Shown: positions 55,836 to 64,000 of the stretch, piece by piece
Numbering within the stretch: the stretch's first letter is position 1
How the letters are laid out: each line of letters opens with the position of its first letter
Source: Candidatus Latescibacterota bacterium
Lineage (GTDB): Bacteria > Latescibacterota > UBA2968 > UBA8231
Length of the DNA: 64,000 nt
Assembly (NCBI GenBank): GCA_965200315.1
Contig: OZ241362.1
Coordinates: 1,344,001 to 1,408,000 of the forward strand
Reading direction: 5' to 3'
Made by a program: the position numbers and the translations under genes
Notes under the pieces: generated by a model
Told to the model about the DNA's origin: nothing
What the model saw: only the letters and a program-made list of their open reading frames with translations
The model's database searches: none

Positions 55836-57002
55836 ATGATGGAACAATTGCAGTTAGCCCTCGTGGGCTGTGGAGGTATGGCCGGAGCGCATGTGCGTGG
55901 CTTGCACGAATTGGCACAAGCCGGGCTTGACGACATACAAGTGGTGGCTTGTTGCGATTTGGTGGAAACGCAGGCACAACAGCGGGCCGCCGAGATCGCC
56001 GAGTTCCAAAAGCACAAGCCGGAGGTCTATACCGATGTGGAGAGGATGCTCACGCACACAGAGGACCTAGACGCAGTGGACATCTGCGCCTTGCACTCGC
56101 AACACCACATCCTCGCCGTGGCCTGCTTGGAGGCGGGCAAGCACGTAATCATCGAAAAGCCGCTGGCGATCACCCTGTGCGCCGGCCGCAAAATACTCAA
56201 CGCAGCTGTGGATAACCGCTGTCAGCTCGCCGTAGCAGAAAACTACCGCCGCTCGCCGCAGGAACGGGCCCGATCTTGGGCGGTAGCCAGCGGCAGGATC
56301 GGCCAACCTCGCACTTTCTACTGGCAGGAAGCGGGCTTGCGGTTGGGCAAGTGGGGCTGGCGCAACTTCAAGCGCGACGCCGGAGCCGGTTGGCTCCTCG
56401 ACGGGGGCGTACACTTTGCCGATTTGTTCCGCTATCACTTGGGGACTGAGGCGCGACAGGTGATAGCGCGGGTGAACTCCTTTGAGCCGTATCGCTACGA
56501 CGAGCCGGTCGAGCGCGAGGGCGCTTGGCCAGTGGATGTGGAGGACTGCGCAATGGCACTGATCGACTTCGATAACGGTGCCGTGGTGCAGTGGACTTGG
56601 CAAGGTTCAGCGCCGGGACAGGATTTTAGCAAGCGCGTCCTCTACGGCAGCGAGGGCTGCATCGACTGGGAGAGCGGGCTGTGGACGCGCACCAGCGAGA
56701 ACACATCTAACGAGGCATTGGTCGAGGCTTATCAGAACAGCCTCACAGAAGACGAGCGCGAGCGGCTGTTCCCCGGTGGAGTGGAAAATCCCATTTCAAC
56801 CGAACTGAAGGATTTCGCCGATGCCGTGCAAGGACGGGGTACGCCCGAAGTCGATGGCTTAGACGGCTATCGCTCGCAGGCGATCTGCATGGCGATTTTT
56901 GAATCGCAGTGGTTTAATCGGCCGGTTAGTTTGGCCGAGATCGAGCGCGGTGACTTAGAGGGTTACCAAGCCGAGATCGATCAGGCGCTGGGCATTGATT
57001 AG
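55836..57002 (+). CDS. Gfo/Idh/MocA family oxidoreductase
   Basis: VGCGGMA, AGKHVIIEKP, DGGVH. Confidence 0.92.
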   Translation: MMEQLQLALVGCGGMAGAHVRGLHELAQAGLDDIQVVACCDLVETQAQQRAAEIAEFQKHKPEVYTDVERMLTHTEDLDAVDICALHSQHHILAVACLEAGKHVIIEKPLAITLCAGRKILNAAVDNRCQLAVAENYRRSPQERARSWAVASGRIGQPRTFYWQEAGLRLGKWGWRNFKRDAGAGWLLDGGVHFADLFRYHLGTEARQVIARVNSFEPYRYDEPVEREGAWPVDVEDCAMALIDFDNGAVVQWTWQGSAPGQDFSKRVLYGSEGCIDWESGLWTRTSENTSNEALVEAYQNSLTEDERERLFPGGVENPISTELKDFADAVQGRGTPEVDGLDGYRSQAICMAIFESQWFNRPVSLAEIERGDLEGYQAEIDQALGID

Positions 57003-57090
57003 ACGGCGAATAACTATGATGGGACTCCTTGCCTTAGAGAGTGTGGATTGATTCGTTTCTGATGGACATCGGTCGCATCAATAGTGCTAT

Positions 57091-57404
57091 TCAATCGTAA
57101 GTTTCCATAATCTCGCCAAGTTTTAGGCTGAAAATTATAGCATTATATCCGCGGTGTATCTTCCACAGAAACTTGTCATGTATGCTATAATTTTTGAATC
57201 GACGTACCTTCCAACCCACTTCGTATCGAAATCGTTCGGTCGTGTGTACCACGAATGGCCACTCATCACGCGACAACCAGCGTACCCCACTCGCTTTGAC
57301 AAAGCAACCCGGACTAAAGCGCACCCAATCGCGATAGATACCCTTGGCCGCAATCCGATCGCCTCGCGACGCTCAATCGCATCGTCCAAGCCAAAAACCA
57401 TCAT
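57091..57404 (-). pseudogene. degenerate DUF559/Vsr-like endonuclease relic (tentative)
   Basis: Two frames give SGHSWYTRPNDF and EVGWKVRRF, resembling DUF559 DG..WH and GW.VLRF motifs; AT-rich. Confidence 0.3.
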
Positions 57405-57479
57405 CTCGACCTGAAGGGACCTGCCGAGGATGTTGAAAAGAGCGCCAAGAGTACGACTTTCTGTTTTGAGCTACCGTCG

Positions 57480-58304
57480 TTAGGCTTTTGTCTCTTCTAG
57501 ATTTAGGAAAAACTCCACATCGTCTAACTGCTGCTTAAGATGGGCTAGTACCTCGTCGCGGCTTTGCAAGGCCAGCAAGTCGTCGTTGACGGCAGGGGTC
57601 GCCGGGGCCAGCGTCTGCCAGCGCACGAGCAAGCCGCGTAACTGATGCTGTTGCGTAGCGGTAAATCGCCAGCGGGCGGTTAGCTCGGCGAGGGCGGGCG
57701 GGTCGGCGTGTAGTGAGTGAAGCTGCTGACTGAGTGCTCGCAGGTGTTCGCCAACTTGGGCAACCGCATCGAGTTGAGATTCTATTAACGCCTCCACTTT
57801 CTCCGCATTAAGCGTCTGATAGGAGGATTGCGGGTTGTCGGAGACGACCTTGAGGCAGTGGACCCGCTCGCTGGTGGCAAAGCGCTGCGCGGCCTCACAA
57901 AAGCCGCTGGCCTCCATGTCGTACGCAACGTCGCCAGCAGCCGGTTGCGCGCGATCAACGGTGTGTAGCAAGGTGGTGCGACAGGGCGGAGATGCGGTGA
58001 AGGTCGGATAAAAGGGCGTGCCGCTGGCTGCGTCCACGACCTTGTGCGCCAGCAGGGCGGTGCCCACCGCTTGGCTGCCGTGACCGGCGACGCCGATATT
58101 GAGCCAAGCCGCCGGCGCGTCCCCGAGCAGCGCGCGCAAATACGCCGTGGCCGCAGCCGCGGCCACTTTGCCGATGCCGGAGACAATCAGGTGCGTCTGC
58201 TCGCCCGCGCAGATGCGATAGGGATGGCCGCTCACGCCTTGGAGGCGGTGGAAAGCCAACAGCGGGCGTGCCTCGGCTGCGAGGGCGACGACTAAGCACA
58301 ACAT
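57480..58304 (-). CDS. nucleoside phosphorylase family protein (PNP_UDP_1 / HpnG-like)
   Basis: VALAAEARPL, SGIGKVAAAAA, NIGVAG, YDMEASGF, KVVSD. Confidence 0.85.
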   Translation of the reverse strand: MLCLVVALAAEARPLLAFHRLQGVSGHPYRICAGEQTHLIVSGIGKVAAAAATAYLRALLGDAPAAWLNIGVAGHGSQAVGTALLAHKVVDAASGTPFYPTFTASPPCRTTLLHTVDRAQPAAGDVAYDMEASGFCEAAQRFATSERVHCLKVVSDNPQSSYQTLNAEKVEALIESQLDAVAQVGEHLRALSQQLHSLHADPPALAELTARWRFTATQQHQLRGLLVRWQTLAPATPAVNDDLLALQSRDEVLAHLKQQLDDVEFFLNLEETKA

Positions 58305-58470
58305 GAGGGCTAATATACTTAAAACAACGGGTCTGTTCCAAAGTGGGGGAGAGCCAATATCAATGCCGCACAGCGAACGCGAGGCGTCTATGTCATATTA
58401 AGGCTACCACACGGAGACTTGAGGAAAAGTGATCTCCACAAGTGCTTTTTCGGAGGTGGTACGCCGATTG

Positions 58471-58617
58471 TTATGATGTCCATAAATCCACCACTTTTAT
58501 CGGATCCTTTGGTTGAAGATACCGGCCCTGCATATAGCTGGGATTCGCATAGAGGGACGATCCCGGAGTCATCTTCAGGTTCGGGAGCGTTCCCAATACT
58601 TCAAAAATTTTACTCAT
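58471..58617 (-). pseudogene. short ORF overlapping the dcm stop; possible truncated cognate endonuclease
   Basis: ATG overlaps the end of dcm (ATGAGTAA); 48 aa MSKIFEVLG...; AT-rich; lies in the usual position for a partner gene. Confidence 0.3.
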
Positions 58618-59725
58618 TTAGGTACTCGAAAATTTTGCTCGCTAGTGCCTCTGCGAGAGGGGGTGGGACTGAATTTGCAACCTGCCGATGCTGGTCTAGG
58701 TTTTTCACAGTGCCCGTTCTACTGCGTATAGGTCCTTTTAGGATATACGAATCGGGATAGCCATGGATTCTCATGTATTCCCGCGGAGTGAGATACCTAT
58801 CTTCGCTGGGATGATAGAAAATTTCTCCACACCGCAATGTATTAGAGGGCCTATCCCTATGCAGCCTTAAATACTTTGTGGTGTCTTTTGATTTAAGTCC
58901 TCTAAGAAGTCCTTGACCTAAATGAGTCTGAGCGGCTAGGTATGACCCCTCGGGAACCTGTGCGATGCGTTCCCTGTCCCTATCTGGCGTTACATCGACG
59001 TGGCTATCCTCGCGGTCGTAGAAAGTAATTCCCCTAATTTTTGGTGAAGGCGTTCCTAGATTTTCAATTACGGAGCCGATACCGACATGAGGTTTATACG
59101 AAAACAATCCATTACATTCTTCTAGCGGGGCGTATGTTCGTTCTGGAAAGGAAAAGCCGTTTCTTTTCAGCGTGGCGATTACAAATAATCGCTCTCGCAG
59201 TTGAGGTACGCCGTAATCTGCGGCTAAAACAACTCTCCATTTGGAAGAATAACCAGCATTTTCTAAGGCTATTAAAAATTTCTCAAAAATTTCGCCTCTT
59301 CGCTGCTCGGATCCTTTTGATGAGAGAAGTCCTTTTACTTGCTCAACTAAAATCACCTTTGGTTCTAGCTCTTCGGAAAACCGAACAATCTCGAATAGTA
59401 ACATACCTCTCTCGTCTTTTAAGCCAAGTTGCTTTCCTGCTAAGGAGAAAGATTGACACGGAGGGCCTCCAAAAAGAAGATCGAGTTCGCCTTTCTCTAG
59501 GTGTAGATCTTTGCGAAGTTCGGCTGGATCGATCTCTCTAATATCTGACTCAATAATCCTAGTATCTCTTTTTTCGCGTTCTCTTGCTGCACGTAGTGTG
59601 TTGCAGCAGTGTTCATCTATTTCTATCTGTGCTAGAATATCGAATCCCGCATCCTGTACGCCTATATCCATTCCTCCGGCCCCAGAGAAAAGACTTAGCG
59701 CGTTATATCTTTTGGGACTGTTCAT
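58610..59725 (-). CDS. dcm: DNA (cytosine-5)-methyltransferase
   Basis: SLFSGAGG, GGPPCQSFS, EQVKG (ENV equivalent), YGVPQLRER, R.LTPRE..R.HG.PD, QVANSVPP; AT-rich. Confidence 0.95.
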   Translation of the reverse strand: MNSPKRYNALSLFSGAGGMDIGVQDAGFDILAQIEIDEHCCNTLRAAREREKRDTRIIESDIREIDPAELRKDLHLEKGELDLLFGGPPCQSFSLAGKQLGLKDERGMLLFEIVRFSEELEPKVILVEQVKGLLSSKGSEQRRGEIFEKFLIALENAGYSSKWRVVLAADYGVPQLRERLFVIATLKRNGFSFPERTYAPLEECNGLFSYKPHVGIGSVIENLGTPSPKIRGITFYDREDSHVDVTPDRDRERIAQVPEGSYLAAQTHLGQGLLRGLKSKDTTKYLRLHRDRPSNTLRCGEIFYHPSEDRYLTPREYMRIHGYPDSYILKGPIRSRTGTVKNLDQHRQVANSVPPPLAEALASKIFEYLNE

Positions 59726-59751
59726 TCTGAATTCACTCCTCCATCCTCATT

Positions 59752-59956
59752 GCCAGCGGGCGGTTAGCTCGGCGAGGCCGAGCGGGTCGGCGTGTAGCGC
59801 GTGAAGCTGCTGACTGAGTGCTCGCAGGTGTTCGCCAACCGCCCGCGCAGATGCGATAGGGATGGCCGCCCACACTTTGGAGGCGGTGGAAAGCCAACAG
59901 TGGGCGCGCCTCGGCTGCGAGGGCGACGACTAAGCACAACATGAGGGCTAATATAC
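59752..59956 (-). pseudogene. internally deleted, truncated duplicate of the phosphorylase gene
   Basis: 59840-59956 matches 58202-58318 (5 mismatches counted); 59752-59839 matches 57668-57755 (4 mismatches); the intervening 446 bp is absent. Confidence 0.9.
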
Positions 59957-60040
59957 CGGCTGGCCGCGCCTCGGCAACTTGGTTTGACCCTGCCTAAACA
60001 GGGGCCTAAGTTCTGCAATACAAACGAGAAAGGTCACAGA

Positions 60041-60910
60041 ATGGACAACGAATTTTTCAAGGGGCACGGCCTCGGCAATGACTACATTGCCGTCGATCCG
60101 GCCGCGCTCAGCTTTGAGCTGACGCCGGACAACATCCGTGCGATTTGCGACCGCCATTGGGGCGTGGGCAGCGACGGCATTCTCGCGCTGGTGCCGTCGC
60201 AAAAGGCCGACTTTGGCCTGCGGATCTACAACCCCGACGGTAGCGAGGCGGAAAAGTCGGGCAATGGCCTGCGGATATTCGCCCGCTATCTACACGCCAC
60301 CGGTCAGGTGCAAAAGCAGCAGTTCACAGTCGAAACGGAGGGCGGCCTAGTAAGCGTCGAGTTGCACATTGACGATCACGGCGACGCCAGTACCGCCACG
60401 GTGCAGATGGGGCGAGCGACGTTTGCGCCCGCGTCTCTGCCTTGCACGCTAAAAGCCGAAGAGTTGGTCGCGCAGCCGATTGAGGTCGGCGGGCAGACCT
60501 TGACCTTTACCGGCGTCAGCGTCGGCAACCCCCACTGTATCGTCTTTCGCGATAAGGGCGAGCAATGGACCGAGGACGAGCTGTGCTCTTTGGGGCCGGA
60601 GTTGGAAAATCACCCGCTCTTCCCCCGGCGCACCAACGTGCAACTCGCCGTGCCGGTGGGCCCTCACGCGATCTACATCCTGATCTGGGAGCGCGGTGCC
60701 GGTCAAACGCAGGCGTCGGGGTCGTCCGCGTGTGCGGCTGCGAGTGCGGCGGTGCGGTTGGGCTTGGTCAAAAGTCCGGTTGCGGTTAGGGCACCGGGAG
60801 GGACTTTGCACATCGACGTGAGCGCAAGCTACGACCTGACGATGAAGGGGCCGGTCTCCGAAGTGGTGCGCGGCGTGTTCAGCCCGTCGTTTGTGCGCGA
60901 ATTGCCCTGA
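60041..60910 (+). CDS. dapF: diaminopimelate epimerase
   Basis: KGHGLGNDY, GVGSDG, NPDGSEAEKSGNGLR, VGNPH, ERGAGQTQASGSSAC; Ser appears at both usual catalytic Cys positions. Confidence 0.85.
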   Translation: MDNEFFKGHGLGNDYIAVDPAALSFELTPDNIRAICDRHWGVGSDGILALVPSQKADFGLRIYNPDGSEAEKSGNGLRIFARYLHATGQVQKQQFTVETEGGLVSVELHIDDHGDASTATVQMGRATFAPASLPCTLKAEELVAQPIEVGGQTLTFTGVSVGNPHCIVFRDKGEQWTEDELCSLGPELENHPLFPRRTNVQLAVPVGPHAIYILIWERGAGQTQASGSSACAAASAAVRLGLVKSPVAVRAPGGTLHIDVSASYDLTMKGPVSEVVRGVFSPSFVRELP

Positions 60911-60933
60911 GCGGCGCTTGGTAGCAGGCTGCA

Positions 60934-63708
60934 ATGCGCTGTTTAGCTTGGGTCGCGCTCGGTTGGCTGCTCGTGGCTTCGGCCGCCGCCGGCCAAGGGT
61001 TTGGCCAAAACAAAGTGCAGTACGCGGAGTTTGCGTGGCGGAAAATGGAGACTGAGCACTTTGACGTGTACTTCTTCGCCGAAGAGGCCGAGTTGGCCGC
61101 GTACGCCGCGCAAATGGCCGAGCGTCAGTTTGCCGACTTGGAAAAGAAGTTTGCCCACACTGTGCAGCGGCGGGTGCCGTTGGTGGTCTATTCCTCGCAC
61201 ATCTACTTTGAACAGACGAATATCATCCCCAATCTCCTGCCCGAGGGGGTAGCGGGTTTCACCGAATACCTCAAAGGGAGGGTCGCGTTGCCCCTGAGCG
61301 GCTCCCTGCCCGAATTCGAGCGGGTGCTGCACCACGAGTTGGTTCACGTCTTCACGTTTGACCGCATCGCGCGGGTGTTGGCGCAGCACGGGGTGTTGGA
61401 CTTCCGCCCAGCGCCGCTGTGGTTTTCCGAAGGGCTGGCCGAGTACTGGTCGAGTGAGCGCAACAGCTTTGGCGACATGGTGGTGCGCGACGCGCTCTTT
61501 GCGCGGCGGTTGGTGTCCATCGCCGAGATGTATCGCATCTACGGCACCTTTCAGATGTACAAGGAAGGCGAGTCGATCTGCCACTTTATGGCGGCGCGGC
61601 ACGGAGCCGATGTGTTTGAACAGCTCTTTGCCAATTGGTGGCGCGGCGAGACCTTTGCCGAGATTTTTGCGATCACGACCGGCGAGAGCTTGGAAAAGTT
61701 CGACCAGGCTTGGCAATACCACTTGCACAAGCGGCACCTGCCGGCGATCGCCGACCGCGACCCCCCGTCCGAATTGGCGACCGCCCGCACGCAGCGCGGC
61801 TTTAACATCAAGCCCGAAATCATCCCCGGAGACAGCAGCGCATTCTACCACTTCCGCAACGATCAAGGCTATACGCAGATCGTCCGCGCCCGCCGCGACG
61901 GCAGCGAACCCGAGGTCGTAGTCGAAGGTGAGCGTCTGCCGGTCTTTGAGTCCTTGCACCCGCTTTCGACGCGGCTGGCCGCCTCCCCAGACGGCAAGTG
62001 GCTGGCCTTTGCGGCCAAGAGCCGAGGCCGCGATCACCTGTACATCTGGGACGTGGAACAAAAGCGCACGGTGGGCGATTTGTCGTTTGCCGAAATCGTC
62101 GCGATTGCGTCGCCATCGTTTGCGCCCGACGGGCAGCGGCTGGCCTTTGCCGGCAGCGATGAAGGGGGCTGGACCGACATTTATCTGGTCGATGTAACGG
62201 GCGATAGCCTCCGCGCCTTGCGCCGCGACCTCTATCACGACCGCGAGCCCGACTGGTCACCGGATGGTCGGCACATCGTCTTTAGCTCCGACCGCTGGGC
62301 CGGCGGACGGCGCGGGCGCTACAACTTGTTCCTATACGATTTGGTGACCGAGCAGATCTCGGCTCTCAGCCGCGGCGAGCACAACGACGGGCAGCCGCGC
62401 TGGTCGCCAGACGGTGAGCGCATCGTCTTTAGCTCCGACCGCGCGGGCGCGTACAACATCTATGCCTTGCAGCTAGCGGGCGAGCGCACTGCGACCCGGC
62501 GGTTGACCCACGTGTTGACGGGTGCGTTTGATCCGGTGCTATTGGCCGATGGCCAGCACCTGCTCTTTTCTGGATATGAGAGCGGCGGCTTCCAAATTTA
62601 CGAGCTCGCCGTGGACTGGGCCGACAGCTCACAAGTCAGCTATCAGCACATAGAAGAGGCAGCGGCCGAGCCGTGGTCGCTGGCGAGTCTGTACGGCCAG
62701 AGCGAGGTCGCCAGCCAGCCCTATGAGCGCAAGATGAGCCTCGACATAGCCCAAGGCCAGATCTCTCAGGACCCGGAATTTGGCACCTCGGGCGGCATCC
62801 AAGTGGCCCTGAGCGACGTACTGGGCAACGACCAGTACCACTTCGTGCTCTCGCACATTGCCGACAGTCGATCCGGTTTCCTCGACGGCCTGAACGTGGC
62901 CTTGACGCGCCTCCACCTCGGGCAGCGGCTCAACGCATATTGGGGCGTATTCCGGCTCAACGACCGCTTTTCGAGCCGCTTTGGCCGGTTTGTGCGCGAA
63001 GAACGCTTGGGGGCCCACATTGGGTTGAGCTATCCCTTTTCCCAGCACGACCGCATCGACACCCGGCTCTCGCTGCGCCACGCTGAAATCGACCGGCAGT
63101 TCGAGGGGCGAAAGCTGTCGGGTTGGCTGGCCAACAACTACGTCAGCTATACCCACGACAGCAGCCTGTGGATTCCGACCGGGCCGCTGGAGGGCCGGCG
63201 CTACAGCCTTGGGCTGGCGCAGACGATCGACTTTAAGACCTCGCGGCGATTCAATATCACGCTCTTTGGCGACTATCGGCACTACCTCCGCCTCTCGCAG
63301 CGCAGCGCGTTGGCCGTGCGCCTGATGGGTCGGCGCTCCACCGGCGTAGTGCCCGAGTTTTTCTCCTTGGGGGGCAGTTGGACGCTGCGGGGCTATCGCT
63401 GGCGCTCGCTGTGGGGCAGTAAGATGGTGCTGTACAACCAAGAGCTGCGCTTCCCCTTGGTCGATCGGTTCTTGCTCCGCTTTCCGTTTGGGGCCATGGA
63501 GTTTAGCGCCTTTCGAGGGGCGCTCTTTTTCGACGTGGGCAATGCGTGGAACGACGACTTTGAGCAATGGCGCGCGGCGTTTGGCACGGGGGTGCGCTTG
63601 GCCTTGGGCGGGGTTTTCGTCTTTCGCGTGGATGCGGCGCGGCGCACGGATTTCAAGTCCATCGACAGCGACACGCGCTGGGATTTCTTCTTCGGCTGGG
63701 ATTATTAA
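60934..63708 (+). CDS. Omp85/BamA-family barrel fused to a Zn-peptidase (MA) domain and PD40 propeller
   Basis: FGQNKVQY; HHELVH...PLWFSEGLAEY; PxWSPDG repeats; GGSWTLRGY; FFDVGNAW; aromatic C-terminus FFFGWDY. Confidence 0.88.
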   Translation: MRCLAWVALGWLLVASAAAGQGFGQNKVQYAEFAWRKMETEHFDVYFFAEEAELAAYAAQMAERQFADLEKKFAHTVQRRVPLVVYSSHIYFEQTNIIPNLLPEGVAGFTEYLKGRVALPLSGSLPEFERVLHHELVHVFTFDRIARVLAQHGVLDFRPAPLWFSEGLAEYWSSERNSFGDMVVRDALFARRLVSIAEMYRIYGTFQMYKEGESICHFMAARHGADVFEQLFANWWRGETFAEIFAITTGESLEKFDQAWQYHLHKRHLPAIADRDPPSELATARTQRGFNIKPEIIPGDSSAFYHFRNDQGYTQIVRARRDGSEPEVVVEGERLPVFESLHPLSTRLAASPDGKWLAFAAKSRGRDHLYIWDVEQKRTVGDLSFAEIVAIASPSFAPDGQRLAFAGSDEGGWTDIYLVDVTGDSLRALRRDLYHDREPDWSPDGRHIVFSSDRWAGGRRGRYNLFLYDLVTEQISALSRGEHNDGQPRWSPDGERIVFSSDRAGAYNIYALQLAGERTATRRLTHVLTGAFDPVLLADGQHLLFSGYESGGFQIYELAVDWADSSQVSYQHIEEAAAEPWSLASLYGQSEVASQPYERKMSLDIAQGQISQDPEFGTSGGIQVALSDVLGNDQYHFVLSHIADSRSGFLDGLNVALTRLHLGQRLNAYWGVFRLNDRFSSRFGRFVREERLGAHIGLSYPFSQHDRIDTRLSLRHAEIDRQFEGRKLSGWLANNYVSYTHDSSLWIPTGPLEGRRYSLGLAQTIDFKTSRRFNITLFGDYRHYLRLSQRSALAVRLMGRRSTGVVPEFFSLGGSWTLRGYRWRSLWGSKMVLYNQELRFPLVDRFLLRFPFGAMEFSAFRGALFFDVGNAWNDDFEQWRAAFGTGVRLALGGVFVFRVDAARRTDFKSIDSDTRWDFFFGWDY

Positions 63709-64000
63709 ATGCGCTACGCCTTGCTCGGATTTTGTCTGTTGACGGCCTGCGGCGAAAAGGTGCTCTACCTCGGCGCACCGGGGCACGGCGCAGTGGGAGT
63801 TGAGCCGCCGCTGCAACTTTTGTGGACGCACAAAATGGACGGCTCGCCGCTGGGCGGTGCGCTCTTTGCCGGTGATTTGATCCTCCAACTGACGACTGAG
63901 CCGACCCTCTATGCGCTGAACCGGCGCAACGGCACCCAGTTGGGCAAGCACGGATACGACAAGATGGCGTGTGCTCCCGGGCAGTTGGCCGGGGCGCTGT
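63709..64000 (+). CDS. PQQ-repeat / BamB-like lipoprotein (partial, runs off right edge)
   Basis: MRYALLGFCLLTAC lipobox; PPLQLLW, LYALNRRNG. Confidence 0.7.
   Translation, partial: MRYALLGFCLLTACGEKVLYLGAPGHGAVGVEPPLQLLWTHKMDGSPLGGALFAGDLILQLTTEPTLYALNRRNGTQLGKHGYDKMACAPGQLAGAL

Overview
A GC-rich bacterial chromosome segment. The gene families (DUF6785, DUF4159, M28-FtsX fusion, PorV-like, FlgD-Ig tails, many TPR/NHL/FG-GAP proteins) suggest an FCB-group organism such as Candidatus Latescibacterota, possibly host- or sponge-associated; this is inference only. From left to right: (1) 1-13 kb holds an M28-like/FtsX fusion running off the left edge, a DUF6785 membrane protein, an OPT-like transporter, NHL/LRR/FGE lipoproteins and a PpiC chaperone. 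(2) 13.2-28.8 kb is an 11-gene minus-strand operon bounded by terminators. It encodes two ~1000-aa paralogous outer-membrane-type proteins, three lipoproteins, a PorV-like barrel, an FlgD-Ig/CTD protein, a 1090-aa TPR protein and ExbB plus two ExbD, one of which lacks the essential Asp. No TonB or TonB-dependent receptor is recognisable. It is flanked by a CBM9-like secreted protein and divergent FlgT-like and DUF4159 genes. This is my best candidate for an undescribed PMF-driven envelope transport/secretion system. (3) 32-41 kb is a HEAT/TPR/ASPIC-UnbV cluster. (4) 41-50 kb holds Ldh2, a split transketolase, a candidate attenuator RNA, a Zn-ribbon gene, rnpB, a DSL-repeat protein, pyrF, tRNA-Pro(TGG), an aminotransferase, cytochrome c, a RelE relic and a PQQ dehydrogenase. 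(5) 50.8-60 kb holds two AT-richer restriction-modification inserts; the dcm insert is flanked by a partial duplicate of a phosphorylase gene. (6) The right end holds dapF, a metallopeptidase/propeller/Omp85 fusion and a BamB-like lipoprotein. All family assignments come from motifs read by eye; no database searches were run.
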